Source: Eledone cirrhosa
Taxonomy: Eukaryota
Length of the DNA: 64,000 nucleotides
NCBI GenBank assembly: GCA_964016885.1
Contig: OZ024741.1
Location: 113,770,001-113,834,000, forward strand
Reading direction: 5' to 3'
Numbering within the stretch: position 1 is the first letter of the stretch; every line of letters begins with the position of its first letter. A program made the translations under genes and the position numbers. Below are positions 25,830-40,829 of this stretch, in pieces. The notes beneath the pieces were generated by a model. It worked only from the letters and a program-made list of their open reading frames with translations, was not told the DNA's origin and did not search any database.

Positions 25830-27380
25830 GTCCAGGTATTTGAATATCTTCCACTCCTCTGTGTTACCCTTAGAAGTGCCTCGGTTCTAAATATTTCTAG
25901 ACACTTCAATTCTGCATCGTATTTCAATAATTTATTTGCATTCATTTCAAAGTATCCTGATATAGAAAATGATCAGATTGAGTTCAGTGTTAATCAATTG
26001 GGTGGAATATATAATACCGATATATCAATTGATATGAAAGATGAAATATTTCCTTTAAAATCAATATATGAATCAAATACTTTCTCCAACCGCCCAATTC
26101 TACCAATTGAATTATTAAACAAACTTACTGAGCTGTATCTTGTAGTACAATTATTCCCTAATGTAATTATAGCACTTCGAATATTTTACAGCCCACCTGT
26201 CACAGTAGCACAAGCTAAAAGAGTTTTCAGTGGTGGTCAAATGGAAAAGAGGTTTGCTTCACAATGATTAGGTTCTGAGTTCACTCCCACTGAGCAAATG
26301 TCATATACCATAACCACAGATTGACCCATGCCTTGAGAATGAAACTTGATAAACAGAATCTGTTTGGATGCCGATCAGATAAAGTGTACCTGCAAATCAA
26401 AGGGCCAGCTTTGTTACACACTGTGTCTGTGGAATTTTCACCCACTTACACTTTAATTTCAGGAGTAGGCTGTTCTGTTCATCAGGCTCCTGCTTTTATT
26501 AACAGGTTCATCCATGACACCCTGTACCCTTATCCCTGAGGCCTCTTCTTACAGCCAAGGTCATCTGCAAGTCTGTCATACCTGAAATAGGTGAGAAACT
26601 CAGTCTAGTGCAGTTAAGAGTCAGCATAGCCAGTGGGTATGAGGGAGCTACCCAAGCCACTAGACAGTTCTTCTATGATTATCCTCTTCACCAAGTGATT
26701 CCAGGCATCTCATAATCAAGCTTGTCATGAGAAATACCTCAACTGTCTGCACCATGACCACCTGCTGGAGGAGGCTTGTCTCAGTCATGTCCTGTCTGTC
26801 TACCCACTAGCCTGCTTGTCTAATGGATTTCTGAACATGCTCCTCACTATGAACAATGTCATATCATCTTCAACCAGAATTCAAAAACATCATCAATTGA
26901 GACCCCTTCTTTTCACTCTTGGGATAGACAACATCGTTTGAAGCATCACAGCCCCTCACAACATCTGGTACCTGGACAATGTGAGGATAGGTAATGCTTC
27001 AGAATGTGTCTGTCACAATCTCCAATCAGTGGTTCTTGCTCTGGCAAAATAAGTGGGATGTCTTGAACATGAATTATGATGTAGAGAGCTTAGCAGCCTC
27101 CATATTGGATGTGCAATCATTTCTCCACCAAATGTAGGTGACCTCTAAAGAAAACAGCCTTTTCCTCAGTTCATCAATCCTCCTGCCTGCCATTGATTAT
27201 TTTTCAAACGATTTGAAAATGCCCCAAAAATATGGTATTGAGAGTTTTTAAAATGTTAGATCAACAAGTTACCTAATTTAGAGATCTTAGCAGTGGAATT
27301 ATCTCTTACATGTAATTTTGATAATTATAAATTCGTAATTGATGGTTTTGCTAGATGCGAGGTGAGAAAAATTCCCTTTT
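25830..27380 (+). mobile_element. hAT transposase C-terminal remnant in two pieces (~25830-26230 and ~27245-27380), interrupted by other repeats
   Basis: LFPNVIIALRIFYSPPVTVAQAKRVFS matches the hAT dimerization motif; later ILAVE...VIDGFAR..VRK. Confidence 0.65.
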
Positions 27381-27767
27381 AATTGACATTATTGACATAA
27401 TGACAGTGGTAGATTGGTAGAGCATCAGATAAAATACTATTGCAGTATTTCTTCTGGTTCTTTACATTCTGAATTCAAATCCTGCTGAGGTCTACTTTAT
27501 CATTCATCCTTCCGGTATCGATAAAGTAAAATACTGATCAACTATTTGGGTTCATTTAATCAACTTTGCCCTTCCCCCAAATTTGCTGGCCTTCTGCTTT
27601 AATGGTCTTTCCATTGCTGATACTATCTACCAGTAACATCTCGTGGCAGAAGGAACAACATGAAATAAAGTGTCCTGCTGAAAGACATCATTCATCACCC
27701 AGTCCTGGAATCGACCTCGTAACCTCATGATTACAAATTTAATTCTCTAACTACTAAGTCATGGGCC

Positions 27768-27985
27768 TATGGGTGTGCCAAGCTGTGATCATGTTTCAGC
27801 TACCTCACATGGCTACTGAAGTCGCTGTGACATTGTCACAGCTTGAAACACTCATATTATACATGTTTATGTATAATAAATATATATATGGCTTGCTATG
27901 GGTGTTTCAAGCTGCGATCATATCACAGCTATTTCAGTAGCTGTGTGAGGTAGCTGTGGCATGATCGCAACTTGAAACACCTATA
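27768..27985. mobile_element. Twin ~90-bp palindromic MITE-like units in inverted orientation (27768-27856 and 27897-27985)
   Basis: Each unit is bounded by tatgggtgt(tt)caag...cttgaaacac..ata. Confidence 0.65.
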
Positions 27986-29555
27986 GTAAGACATATAAGT
28001 TCATTATATGTGTGAATCCTGGTTTTTTAGAATAGATACATGGTAGCCTCACCTGTTGTAAGAGGTGATTAAAAGAATTGGGGCTAGCTGTAAAACACTG
28101 CCTCAAAACATTCCAACCAACTCATGATAGCATGGAAAAATGGGCATGAAAATGATGATGTTACATCAGCATATTGCATATGCCTTCATCTACACCTGTA
28201 TTAAATACTCATTGTGCATGCAAGCATGCTCGCCCTCATGTTTATGCCCAAGCAGTGCATTGAGTCGGTGATTATCCTGGTTTCATGGCATGAAGCGACT
28301 GAGAGTACAAGGACGCCAGTCATTCACAGAGTTAAACCCCCAGCTATTGCTAGTACTCATTTGCTCAAGAACACAACACGCAACCCAGCCCAGGAATTAA
28401 ACCCACGACATTACGATCGTAAGTCCAACACACTAGGCCACGTGCCTTCGAAATACTCATTGTAGTAGTGTTAAATGGCTGAGAATTCTACAGACAAGTA
28501 TACCCTTAATGTATTTATCATGCATGGCAAGGTGTCACAAAGTTGTCCCTTGGAATTAAATATAATTAATTAGAAAGACGTCTACGTAGTTTCTATCCAA
28601 TATCCTACACAAAATTTGGGTTAACCCTAAGTTAAGTTATTCTACCCAAAGCCGTGATAAAGACATTTTTCCAAGATGTTGCTGATTGGGGTTGAACCTA
28701 GGACCTCACAGACGTAAAAGTGAACTACATTAACTACTCAGCTATGCTTGAAACCAAATACTACCACCCGTTAACAATGACCACCCTACATCAGTAAACT
28801 AACCAGCTAGCCAGCCAGCCAGTGAAGGGGAACAATGCTACACTCTCTAACTTGAGACAATGCTTATTCTTCCATAAAATTTGGAAACATTTTCAACATT
28901 ATTGCTACAAGATAGCATCTATTGATTTTAGTGCCATTTTATGTTATTGTTGTTGATATTCTTGTTCTCTTGTTCATTATTATTATTATTATTATCATTA
29001 TTATCATCATCATCATCAACAACAAAGAAATACCTATTTATTTTACTTCATTTTGGTATTGCTATTTAGCTGCAGGATAGAAGAAAATTCTTTTGTGAGT
29101 TATATTCTGTTTGTAATGTGGTTTCCTAAAAACCTTTCTGTTACATTTATGTTAATGAAATTCTTCTGGAAAAGCATCAATGTCACAGCTTGACATATTT
29201 CCTCTTCATTAACCCATTCGTTGCAATATTTCTATTGAAAGACATTGCTTACAAGTTTCAAATCATTTTGAAGTAACCAAGAATTTGTAAGGAATTGATG
29301 ATATAACTACCTTTCTTATTATTAATCTGGTGTTTGGAACATAACATAATAAAGGTTCTTTGTTATGTTAAAATTATAATGGAAGGTTTTTAGATAAATA
29401 TATACATTTTGAAACAAACAGTTCAGTATCATAGAACCAGAGGTGATTTCTGACAGTTTGGTATCAAAAAGGTGAAAACTTTTACACTTCATACCAGTCA
29501 AAGAAACAAATTTTAATAAATTTCAAAAAATTAAGAAGATCAAATATTTTCTAGG

Positions 29556-29623
<68 letters not shown>

Positions 29624-31822
29624 GTTATACTTCTGGATAAGGAATTCAGTTGAAGGAGTTGTTGATGCTACTGTCATCTGGAAGATGAATCAGAAGCCAC
29701 TTCCACTTGAATTTTGTTTAAGCTTAAGGGCAACAACTGATATAACATAATGAATTAGTGTATATCCAGATTTAGCTCATTTACTGTTCTGTGTGCATCC
29801 TGTTTAGAATAGGTACACCATATCCGCATGTGTTGTAAAATAAAAGGTGACTAAAAACATTGGTGCTTAAAATGGCATCTGACTGTAAAAGACTGCTTCA
29901 AGAATGACCCCATGATGTCATAGTACCCAAAGGGTAACACCTAATTTACCAGGGAAAATGGCTTTAATCCTGATTATTTTTAGATCAAGAATTGATTTCA
30001 CTAAAAAACTAACCTCAAGTGTTGAACTGACTCTGTTTGACAATATCAGTTGACCAGAAGAAAAAAATTCTGGTCAATATGAAATTGCAATATTTAAAAT
30101 GACCAACAAGTATGTTCTGCATTTCATTTCTGCATTTTTCAGTTGTTGTTGTTTAGTCCCATAAGCCCTGATCACGCTGACCTATGATCAAAAGTGCTCC
30201 AGCCATGACAATTCTGTCTTTTTGTACATCAAGAACTATATTGTTTAATGCATCTATTTTAATTTAAGGTAATAGCATGTTTTGTAGAGAGATTTGACTA
30301 CTATATCTGGCAAATTATCAAGTGATCATTTAAAAGTTCCATTGTCAGCTGGTGAGATGGTTTGTTGGGGAAGGTAGTGTGATAACATTGTTTTAGTTGT
30401 GTATTCTCTATTAGTTCAGATATTAGTTCTGAGAAGTCTGTGAATTGCCAGAGTCATTAGAATGTCAGATAGAATGCTTTCTAGGATTGGTCCCAGTTCT
30501 CTGTTCTCTGAGTTCAAATCCTGCTTATGTAAACTTTGCTCTCCATCTTTTCGTGGTCAATAAACAAAATACCAGTCTTGTAAAGATATCTCAACTGGGG
30601 TAGGAGTTTCACAGCTGTGGTAGAAGCATCTCAGTTAGTATAGACATTCCAGTAGTTGTAAGGACATCACAACTGTGGTAATGGCATCTCAATTGTCATA
30701 GCAACATTTCAGCAAATATATCTGAGCTTGTTCAGGTCTCAAAAGTAAATTTAATAATAAATTGATTAATGAGATTATGAGTAGCTGTAATGTATCACAT
30801 CTTGCTTGTAATTTACAATACCATATACTAGTGGTTCCTTTTGGGTTGTTAGGAAACTCAGAAAAGAACACTGGAAAGCAAAGGAGTGGTAAGAGGTGTT
30901 ATTGGAAGGCACAGTGTGATTAAGATGCGTGTGAGAGGAAAAGTGCAATGAATATAAATTAGTATTTGCTCATAAAACTGTCACCTTCAGTTAATCAATG
31001 ATAGTGTTAGGAATGATAGGAAGTAATAGCTAATTAGGAAGGAAGCAACAATTAAATAATACATGTGTTAATACTACAAATTTCTTACTGCAACCTCACG
31101 CACAATCATCATTTTATATCCACTTTATATGCTGGAATGGATTCGACAGATTGTCACAGTTTGAGATTGGAGGGATTGAAGAAACTCATCTTACTTGAAT
31201 GTTACATTTTTGGTATATGTTCTATGGCTGGATGCCCAATACCAACCATTTTACAAAATGTTCTGGGTGTTTTATTTGCTTGTGACCCCAGCACTACCAC
31301 TTTACAGAGTGGACTGAGTGAATTTTATCATGGAACTAGCATGAATAGGTTGTTATGTCCTAAATAGAACTAAAGGATCCCCCTCAACCCTATATGGCCT
31401 TAGGTTGCTACTACAAACAATATCAAATCTAATTATATTCTCAAGCTAGATTTTTTTTTTAATTCTAGACTAAAATATAAACATAAGTATAATACAGACT
31501 CTTGCTTTCAGAATTTTTATTTTAGATAGCTATGAAATTTCAATAGTTTATCAATTTATTAATGACACCACCTATTAAAAATTAATAAATCATTTTTAAA
31601 ATTGTTAAAGAAAATTAATCAAATATAACTTCCTTTTTCTATGAAACTGGTTGAAAGTAAACAGATTGCCACACAATGCCAGTAAAAGAAAAACAGATCA
31701 TAAACTGTCATCCTAATTAGTTTATTGACTACAGTCTAAATATATATACTGATGTTAAAAGGCTAATGACTAAATAATCAACAAAATAACATACTACTAT
31801 ACTTGTTTTTAATCATTATTTT

Positions 31823-32012
31823 CGGTGGATTGGCAGTATCGGTAGAGGGTCGGACGCCATGCTTTGATGCATCGAGTTACGGCCCTTGCCATTCTGAGTT
31901 CAAATCCCGCCAAGGTTAATTTTGCCTTTCATCCTTACGGGGTCGATAAAATAAAGTACCAGTAATGCACTGGGTAATTGCTGGCCTTGTGCCAAAAGTA
32001 GAAACAATTATT
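31823..32012 (+). mobile_element. tRNA-derived SINE family 1 (Meta-SINE-like core); further copies near 1750, 27410, 30445, 35013, 36370, 39780, 40370, 40635, 53925
   Basis: A box tggcagtatcggtag, B box gagttcaaatccc, core gcctttcatccttacggggtcgataaaataaagtaccag; TSD attattttc. Confidence 0.9.
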
Positions 32013-33011
32013 TTCACTTACAGCAGAGTTGAAACGTCATGAACATATTTCATCTATTTATCCCTGTTCATTGAGTTCTATCTATGACTGACATTGAGAC
32101 TATTTTAGGATCTCCTCTCTCCATCTACCATTAGAGCATCCCCAATTTCTCCTTCTTGGTATCATACCCTCCAGACAGATTTTAGAGACACCTCTCTCCC
32201 ATGTCCATTGTCACTGCATTGAGTTCTTTCTATCATTGACATTGTGAACATTGTAGAATTTGCTCTTCTCTGATAGCAAAGTATTTTACATCCCAAATAC
32301 TTATCATAATTTCTAGAAATACATTCCATCTTTATTTTCATTTAATCAACTTTATAGAAATATTCTATAATGAGTGTTTTGAAATATATCTTCAAACTCC
32401 CATTCAGAGAGAACAAGAAATAGTGAAGTAATATTTATATTAACCTTCTCATAATTATATTTCTAATGAAAGATACTGTGAATACAAACAGCTGAAAAGG
32501 GATTTCTTCAAAAAGTCTCTGAAGTAACGTTACTAGATAGAATGCATAGCTTGGAGATCAAGGAGTCACTCAAAATAGAGTCACTACTTTCTTGCATTGG
32601 GAGATCACAATTATGTTAACATTTCTAAGGAAATCACACAAGATTTTATATGCAAAGCTAATTGGCAGGAGACCCAAGGGTATACCCTGAGCAAGAGGAT
32701 TAGATAACAACTATAATCTTCGTTGCTCTTACTAGGGGATCTAGCTGGCTCATTTGGAGACAGTTGCTTCCACATGACTCACGCAAAAATGTGGGGAGAC
32801 CAGATATCAGGATATATGGTATGCAATATTCTAGCAAGGTAAATATGAGGAGGAGGACAAAATTATATTTTTAAGTAACAATGATCTTAATCTGGGAAGA
32901 AGGGAAGTACACCATTAATGTTGTTCTTACAGCTCACACTGTGACGTTGCCTTTCATTGGGAGTGTCTTGTGTTTTAACTCTTTCATGACCATATAGTAA
33001 AACCTACTCCA

Positions 33012-33395
33012 GCCAGTAGGCATCTCTAACAAAATATACCCCGTCCCACCACCACCACCCCCACCCCATCCACACCACCCCGTTCTATGTAAAGTTATGT
33101 TGGTGCCGCGCCATCCAGGCCGAAACAAATGAGATCGTGTAGGTGTCACGACAAAAAAAACACACAGTCCACGCTGTAATGTGGCCGTGTAGGCAACACG
33201 GTAAAAACCTCCCAGACCCACACTGTAAATGTGGTTGGTGTTAGGAAGGGCATCCAACTGTAGAAAACCTGCCAGACAGTCCTATGCGAGCAAGACAATC
33301 ACTCTTGCCTCAAGTGGGACTACCCCCGTCCAAACCCATGCAAGCGTGGAACACGGACGTTAAACGTTGATGATGATGATGATGATGATGATGAT
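33012..33395 (+). mobile_element. RTE LINE 3' UTR-only insertion
   Basis: Near-identical to 48614-48987, including the (GAT)n tail. Confidence 0.92.
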
Positions 33396-36300
33396 TCCCA
33401 GTGGATACACTCTATTTCAAGTAGTTAATGAAAACGTTTAGCCAATTTACTAAAATTATTAATTATTTCATTACTGAGAATGTAACTTAACATATGGCTT
33501 GTATAAAGAATTGTGTTGGAAGATTACAATTTAAATTGGAACCCTTTTATTTCATAGAACAAGAGATTGTTTTGGACAGGTTATTATCAAAAGTCATATA
33601 TATTATTAATGCTTCTTTTATTGCTCCACACAGACATAGGTGTATAAAGGGCAAAGTCAGATTCAGTAAGTCTAGACTTCAGAATAATGAGATACTAACT
33701 TAAATAGAATGGTCATATGTTAGTTTCGACAATAAGTGTTTCAGTTATTTGATCAACAGAACAACCTATACATGTAATTAAAGTGTAAGTAGTTGAATAT
33801 TCTACAGACATGTGTAATCTTAAGGACATTCAGCATGAGACTGGTCCTTTTAGTTACAGGTACAGTCCATCAGACAGGCTTCCAAAAAGTTTCCTTCTAC
33901 TCAATTTCACTCACAAGGCTATATGATACTTGTCCCAGATATCACACAATGGGACTGTACTTGGAACCTAATGGTTGCAAAGCAAACTTCTTAACTATTT
34001 GGTCATGTTGCGTTCATACACCAAGTTATAGACTATAATAATTAGATGGATTTTCTTTAGTTTGTATGCATTCAAAAGGAATTATGTCTTAGAAGTAACG
34101 AGAACACAAAAGAAATAAGTATATACTAATATTTTACTACAGCGAATACTTTCTAGACAAAATACTTAGACAATTATTTATCTTTTGTAAGAGAAAATAT
34201 CTTACATTTTCTTGTTGGTCAATGAACATTGATTTGCATAACTCTAATCTGAATACTATATATTTAACTTAGTCAATCTACAATGAAACACAGCAAATGA
34301 TATTATTATTATTACTGTTAGAGTGAAAACAAAGACTGAAACAGACCAGTGGTTACATTGTATTCAAAATGATTGTTGTATCTCCTTGCCTGAGGAATAT
34401 ATCCAGAATCAGACATGGAGGAAACTGATTTACCTTTGTCCTACGAACGAATATGGGTAGGAAAAGGAGTAATTTTCTATGTTTTCAATTAATGGATTTA
34501 AAGAGGTGGTGTCTGGTGTCTGGACTTAAACTTCAAGCATTGAAAATGGCAAATTTTATGGGATTATCTGCCTGACTTTCAGGAATGAGGAAATAAGCAG
34601 AAATAATATATGAAACCCTTGCTCACAATTTCACATCCCACTACATGAGGAGGTGAAATACAAAGGCATAGTCTTATGAATAGCCAATGACATTGATCTC
34701 TGGGTCATAGTGGCCTTTGTTAAATAGTATAGGCATGTAATAAATGCCAAGGTAATGAAAAATGATATATGGTCTGGAGGGGTCAGTAGAGATTTGCAAG
34801 TACTCATGCTCATCCCCACCCCAGCATTACAACACCATTCCAGATCTCTCTCCTATTATAGGTCCTGTGTGAACAGCAATTGGATGATGGTGCAAAACAA
34901 AAAACCTGGTTGTAACACTTGTGGCAGCAAAAGCCACTTGAGGGCTTTTGGTTATGAGTGGGGTGAAAACAAAACCACATAATGAATAAGTTCTTCTAGC
35001 ATTATCAATCACACGGGGTCGATAAAATAAAGTACCAGTAATGCACTGGGTAATTGCTGGCCTTGTGCCTAACGTAGAAACAATTATCAATCACACCACC
35101 AGTTCCATTTCTGAGGAGACCTCTTCAGGAACCTTCCAGTTCCTGAAGCAGACAGTGTTGAGTTGCATCCTAATTGTGAAATGAATTATACTGAAACTCC
35201 TCCTCCTAAGAGTACCACCCCATCTATTGGTGATGATGAGGATGAAATGGAGGTTGAGGAAAACTGACAGTTTGTTGTAACAGGAGTCAAAAGAAAATGA
35301 AGAAAGAAAAATATAGCAAAAAAGAAAACAACTCTGTCAGGAATCTTCAAAACTAGACACTAAACAGTATAATTCCCTAAAGTACACACTTATCAGAATC
35401 AGTAACACTTGCTTGTTTAACAAAAGATATGAATTAAAGCAGGAAAATCCATTCAATATGTGGATGGACTCAATATGTGGATGGACTAAAAGATTGCTAC
35501 CAAGACCTCCTGAACAATAAACTTTTACTTTTAACAACAAAAGAAGTATACAAAGGAATAAAATATTTCTGACAAGAAGTTGTAGTTGCTTCTATGGATG
35601 ATATCAAGGATGAAATACTTATATAGGATTTTGGGGATCCGCAGAAAATATATAATACATAGTGGATGAGCAGGAATATGGGGTATTCTGACTCAACTTA
35701 ACTAGTGGTTCTCACCTGTGTGCAGGTGGGTAACCGTAAATGTTTTTATATTTTGTATCATATGTTAATTATTGTTTTATAAAAATTATATACAATTTGG
35801 AGATGTAGCAGCTGTATCTGGAGTGATGGGTGACCCCCTAATCTCCAAGCTACAGACTCTATTGAGTAACATTACTCTAAAAACCCTTTGGAGAACCCCA
35901 TTTCAGCCGCTTGTATTTACAATTATATTCTTTTGGTCATTAGTGTTATTAGTGCGATAAAATCCACTCGGTTCATTCTATAAAATGGTAGTACTGGTGC
36001 CAGGAAAAATGTATCCAGTACACCTTGTAAGGTCATTGAAGTTAGGAAGGGAATTCAACCATAGAAACCATGCCATGTATGGATCATAATGAACAGAATT
36101 GGTCACTTTGACCTGTCTGACAACCCACCAAGCCCATGCCAGCATAGAAAGCAGGGGTAAAAATGAAGATGCTGAATTCTTATATGATTTTCCAAAATTT
36201 GCATAATGCATACCTCTATATTTTATGAACAATCCTCACAGTCCAAATTTTAATAAGACATTATTCCTCTTGATACCAAACAGACCTTGGTTATACAATC

Positions 36301-36778
36301 AAATACTGTTTGTTTTAAAGTGTTTATATTCATCTAAAAACAACCCCATCAAAATAATAAGAAGAAATTGGTGGATTGAAAGTATCAGTAGCATGTCAGA
36401 CAAAATAATTTGTGGTATTTAGTTATGATTTTCTACATTTTGAGTTCAAATCTCTCCAGGGTAAACTTTGCTTTTCATTTTTCCAAAAGTCAATAAAATA
36501 AAGTACTAGTCAATATGAAGTACCAGAAAAATAAAACAAGAATGGGTTAATGAACATGATAATTATGGTATGTGAGGTGACCAAAGATTTCTGGTCATTG
36601 TAACCAACTGGAAGAAAAAGAGAGGGGAGAGGGTGGAGATAGATTGAAGAGGAGAGAGAGAGATCAAAAAAGAAAGTTTTCTTGACTTGAAATTATGCTG
36701 TGCAGGCAAAAACTCCAAACTTTGAATTTTGATTCACTCTGAAGCAATGCAATCATTCTTTTTTCTTGTCTTTTACAG

Positions 36779-36883
36779 AATGTTACGATCCTCTGTCCTA
36801 AATAGTGCCATCTTTTTGAAACATGCAGAAACTCTTGAGAAAGGGAAAGCAATCTTTGATGAATGGCGGTATTCCAATAAAAG
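36779..36883 (+). CDS. M1 aminopeptidase exon D
   Basis: ttttacag|...|gtaaaa; 105 nt; (K)MLRSSVLNSAIFLKHAETLEKGKAIFDEWRYSNK(S); TKMLRSSVL resembles ENPEP TKLLRSSVL as recalled. Confidence 0.88.
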
Positions 36884-37050
36884 GTAAAAAATTAAGGGAT
36901 ATATTTAATTAACACACACATCTACTAAGATAATTTATGGTTTGTAACTTGCTTGTCTGGCTGTCTTGAAATAACAGAAATATTCTAATTTGATTAAAGA
37001 ACAAAACTAATAGATATATATATGTGTGTGTGTGTGTATATATATATATA

Positions 37051-37529
37051 TTTAAAATATATGATAAACACGAAATGTGTTCATATTTCAACAGACAAAG
37101 TTAGCTATTAATGAAATAAACTAATCAAAGTAAATACAATTTGTCTGTCTCGATATAAGTCAATAAAGACAAGCTTATATTGGCAACAGCCATGATTCCT
37201 GGACATATTTAAATTTCGAAATTCAAACCTGTTCTGTAGACGAATTTGAACCTCGAAACCCAAATAAGTTTCGCAACGGTGGAATGTGAATTGAAAAATA
37301 AAGAGAATCGAAATGGAGTTGAAATAAAAGAGTGAAATACCCAAATCTACTGTGCATATCAACAGGAATCGAGTAAAATTAATTAGTTTATTTCATTAAT
37401 AGCTAACTTTGTCTGTTGCAATATGAACACATTTCGTGTTTATCATATATTTTAAATGTAACTGCTCGGAAGAGCCCCTTCCTGGAGCTTAATTATTGTA
37501 AACGACTGAGAGTTTATTCTCAAAATATA

Positions 37530-37535
<6 letters not shown>
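37051..37535. mobile_element. TA-flanked fold-back element with 75-bp inverted arms (37051-37125 and 37382-37456)
   Basis: One mismatch between the arms; right arm extended by a tail, as in the PLE at 7458-11855. Confidence 0.75.
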
Positions 37536-37560
<25 letters not shown>

Positions 37561-37569
37561 CATTGTCTT

Positions 37570-38335
37570 GATTTCACAGATGAAGATTAAGAAGAAGGTG
37601 GTCAATGTTGTCTGCAGGCATGCTCATGGCTGTCAAGGCCAATGTGGGACAGGCAGGCATTGCAGCTGAAGATCTGGTCAGGGTTTGATGACGTGAAGTG
37701 GCAATTCTTCCTCCTGTTCTTTTTGTCCATAAGGGTGGCCCTGCAGGTGCTTCTGAAGGAGACAGCATGGTTGATGGTGAGATGCAAGGCATCATGGCCC
37801 TTACCTAGGGTGGACCACTGGCAATGGTCAATATGACAAACACCAAGGGAAGTTTTCGAAGTCCTTGTATCACTTCTTTGGTACCCCTCTACTGTGATGG
37901 CCAATGGAGTGTTTGCTGTACAGTGTGATCTTGGGCAGGTATGACCCTTCATCCTGGAGACATGGCCTGCCCAGCATAGCTTGGACTTCAGCAGCATGGC
38001 TTCGATGCTGGTGACTTCCACCCATTAAGGATTTCAACATTGGTGAGGAAATTACTCCAGTGAATTTTGGGGATCATGTAGACGCAGTGCTGGTGGAAGC
38101 GCTTGAGGAGTTGAAAGTGGTGACGATAAGTGACCCATGACTTTGAGCCATATAGAAGTGTGGTAAGGATTGTGGCTCTGTACATGCTGATCCTGATAGC
38201 CTTTTTCAGGTGTTTGTTGTTCCAAAGAGGCTTGTAAATTCTACGAAATGCACTGATCGTCTTCACTAGTTTATTGTCGATTTCTATGTCGATCTTGGCA
38301 TCTGACATGATGGTGCCTCACAGGTAGGTGAACCA
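37570..38335 (-). mobile_element. Degraded RTE (BovB-like) LINE 3' part
   Basis: TLLYGSKSW, SIEAMLLKSKLCWAGHVSRM, C-terminal C..HIGL.SH..AC. Confidence 0.85.
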
Positions 38336-38775
38336 ATCAGCAATATCGTTGATTGTTCTCCAACGATCCTCACGCACAAACTGATTAATTTTCTCCACAT
38401 TTCCGGGGGTAACACTTGTGGCAGGATTTCCAGATTACTTGTCATCTTCTAGGGGCGTTCTTCTGCTTTTGAAGCACCCGTGCCAATTAAAACATTGCAT
38501 ACAACCGATTTCCTCATCGCCATAAGCTTGCTAAAGCATGCTCAATGTCTCTGTAGCAGACTTCATAAGTTGAACGCAAAATTTCTCATTGGCTACAGCA
38601 TACATATGATCACAAAAACACAAATTTCACAACTTGTGAAGTGAACACAGTGATGTAACTCAGTACACTAGTACATGAAGGTCACTGCTAGTAGTCACTG
38701 CATGCACAACCATGTGTTTACATTTGTTGGTGCACTACAGAACTAATCCAGAAAAGTTATGATACTACCTAGTAA
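38336..38775 (-). mobile_element. mariner transposon 5' remnant (HTH domain)
   Basis: KFCVQLMKSATETLSML*QAYGDE...WHGCFKS...LEDD..SG.P...NVEKI..FVREDR. Confidence 0.75.
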
Positions 38776-40829
38776 ATGAAGACTGAGGACTTGTAGTGTT
38801 TGTATAAGTGAATTATAACAACAATTATTCATAATAATATTTGAGTATTAAACTTATATAATGAAAACATAGCTCTGTTTTTTTTTATCTTTTCCAAAAT
38901 TCCATCATGTCTCTCCTTTTATTTTCAGAGTATTGCAGTATTATTTTTTATTGATAACACATTTATTGCAAATACATATATCAGAAACTTTTTTTTCAAA
39001 TCTTAATAACTAGTTTTATTTCCAAAATTAGTTTTCATTTTATTATTTTGTATAAGTACCATAAGTATGTGATATTGTTATATGTTACTGTGGCAAAAGT
39101 ATACTCCAAACGTCTCTCATTATATGATGGACTACCCACTAATATATATATGAAGATTCAATTTGATGGGCCTACTTTGGTTTCAATGATAAGTGTGCCA
39201 GTTTTGTTCAACCAACTAAACAGCCTGCTCATGAAATTAGTAGGTAAGTGGTTGAGAATTCCTCAGGCATATACAGCCATAATATAATTCTAAAGGAAAT
39301 TCAGAGTGACACAATGGCTGGCCCTTTGAATTACAGATACAGTCTATTCAATGGACTTCCAAACAGTTTCTGTCAACCCAGTTTCACTGACAAGGCATGG
39401 TTCAACCTGGTGCTACACTAAATAACACTAGTACAAGGTGCTATGCAGTAGAATCAAACCCAAAACTGATTGGCCATATGCTGCATCCACATATAAGTAA
39501 ACCATCAGTAAATAACTTAAAAATCCAATGAGAAATCTTCTACACAGATGTTCAATCTGCTAGAAACAGCAACCAAATCTTCAAATCACACTCTACTGTT
39601 TTAAAAATGAAGAAGACACATTGTATTATATACTTTATTTGATATGGACTTGTAACCCCTGATGGAGTTGTAAGAGACATACATCTGGCTTTTTTAAAAC
39701 TGTGAAGCCGATCCCTTCTCCAAGTCTAAACACAGACGATTTCTTCCAAAGAAAGAGAGGAAGTGAGAAAGAGATACTGAACTGGTACTGCTTTTATCAA
39801 TCTCAAAAGGATAAAAGGCAAAGTTGACCTTGGCAGGATTTGAAATCAGAGCACATATAGCTGGAACAAATACTGCAAAACATTTTATCTGACCTTTGAA
39901 TGTCTCTGCCAATTCATAACAAAAAATGTGTTTTTATTTAATCATACAATAAATATATCTTAAAATTCAGACAGACTGCCATACAGATAGATGTCACAAT
40001 CAATTTTTCTTCTAAGATATTTACAGTTTTATAATCAAGGAAATCATAAACAAATCTATTTCAAATAACAACAACACTACAGATATTTAAAAACGGAAAA
40101 TGAAGGCAATGGCAAGGACTCTAGTTTCACCGAAGAATGGAGAGGGTGGTAGTTAGTAGAGTGTAATGGTTAGTGTTAGAAAAGTAGTACTAAATACCTG
40201 GATAGAATACCTTTGATCATAGATTTATTCATTCACGAAATAACAGAAACATTAACTTAAAGCTCTATGAATTCGCAGTCTTGAGAGTATTAGATTAAGT
40301 GTTTCACAGTATTAATTCTGGCTCTCTGAACTGTGAATTCAAATCTCACTGGGGTTAACTTTGCATTTGTGGATTGGCAGTATCGGTAGAGGGTTGGACG
40401 CCATGCTTTGCAGCACAGTTAAGTCCCTTTACGGACTGAGTTCAAATCCCGCCGAGGTTAACTTTGCCTTTCATCCTTACGGGGTTGATAAAATAAAGTA
40501 CCAGTAATGTACTGGGTTATTGCTGGCCTTGTGCCAAAAGTAGAAACAATTATTTTGTTTTATCCTTCAAATACAGGAGTCGATTTAATTGTCTTTCCCC
40601 ACCCTCAAAAAAAGTTGCTAGTCCTGTGCCTAATGGATTGGCAGTATCGATGGAGCGTCGGATACCATGCTTTTCAGCATAGAGTTAAGGCCCTTTACAT
40701 TCTGAGATCAAATCCTGCCGAGGTTAGCTTTGTCTTTCATCCTTACAGGGTCAATAAAATAAAACACCAGTAATGCACTGGGGTAATTGCTGGCTTTGTG
40801 CAAAAAGTAGAAACAATTATTATTATTAG

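Noticed and set aside
30585-30712. Spaced ~21-bp repeats suggestive of an array or CRISPR
   Set aside because: Degenerate minisatellite without unique spacers, in a eukaryotic context with no cas genes
31823-31912. tRNA gene-like A/B boxes
   Set aside because: No cloverleaf; these are SINE heads continuing into the core and tail
37190-37275. Long hairpin with GAAAC in the 37-kb fold-back element
   Set aside because: No CUGANGA core on either strand
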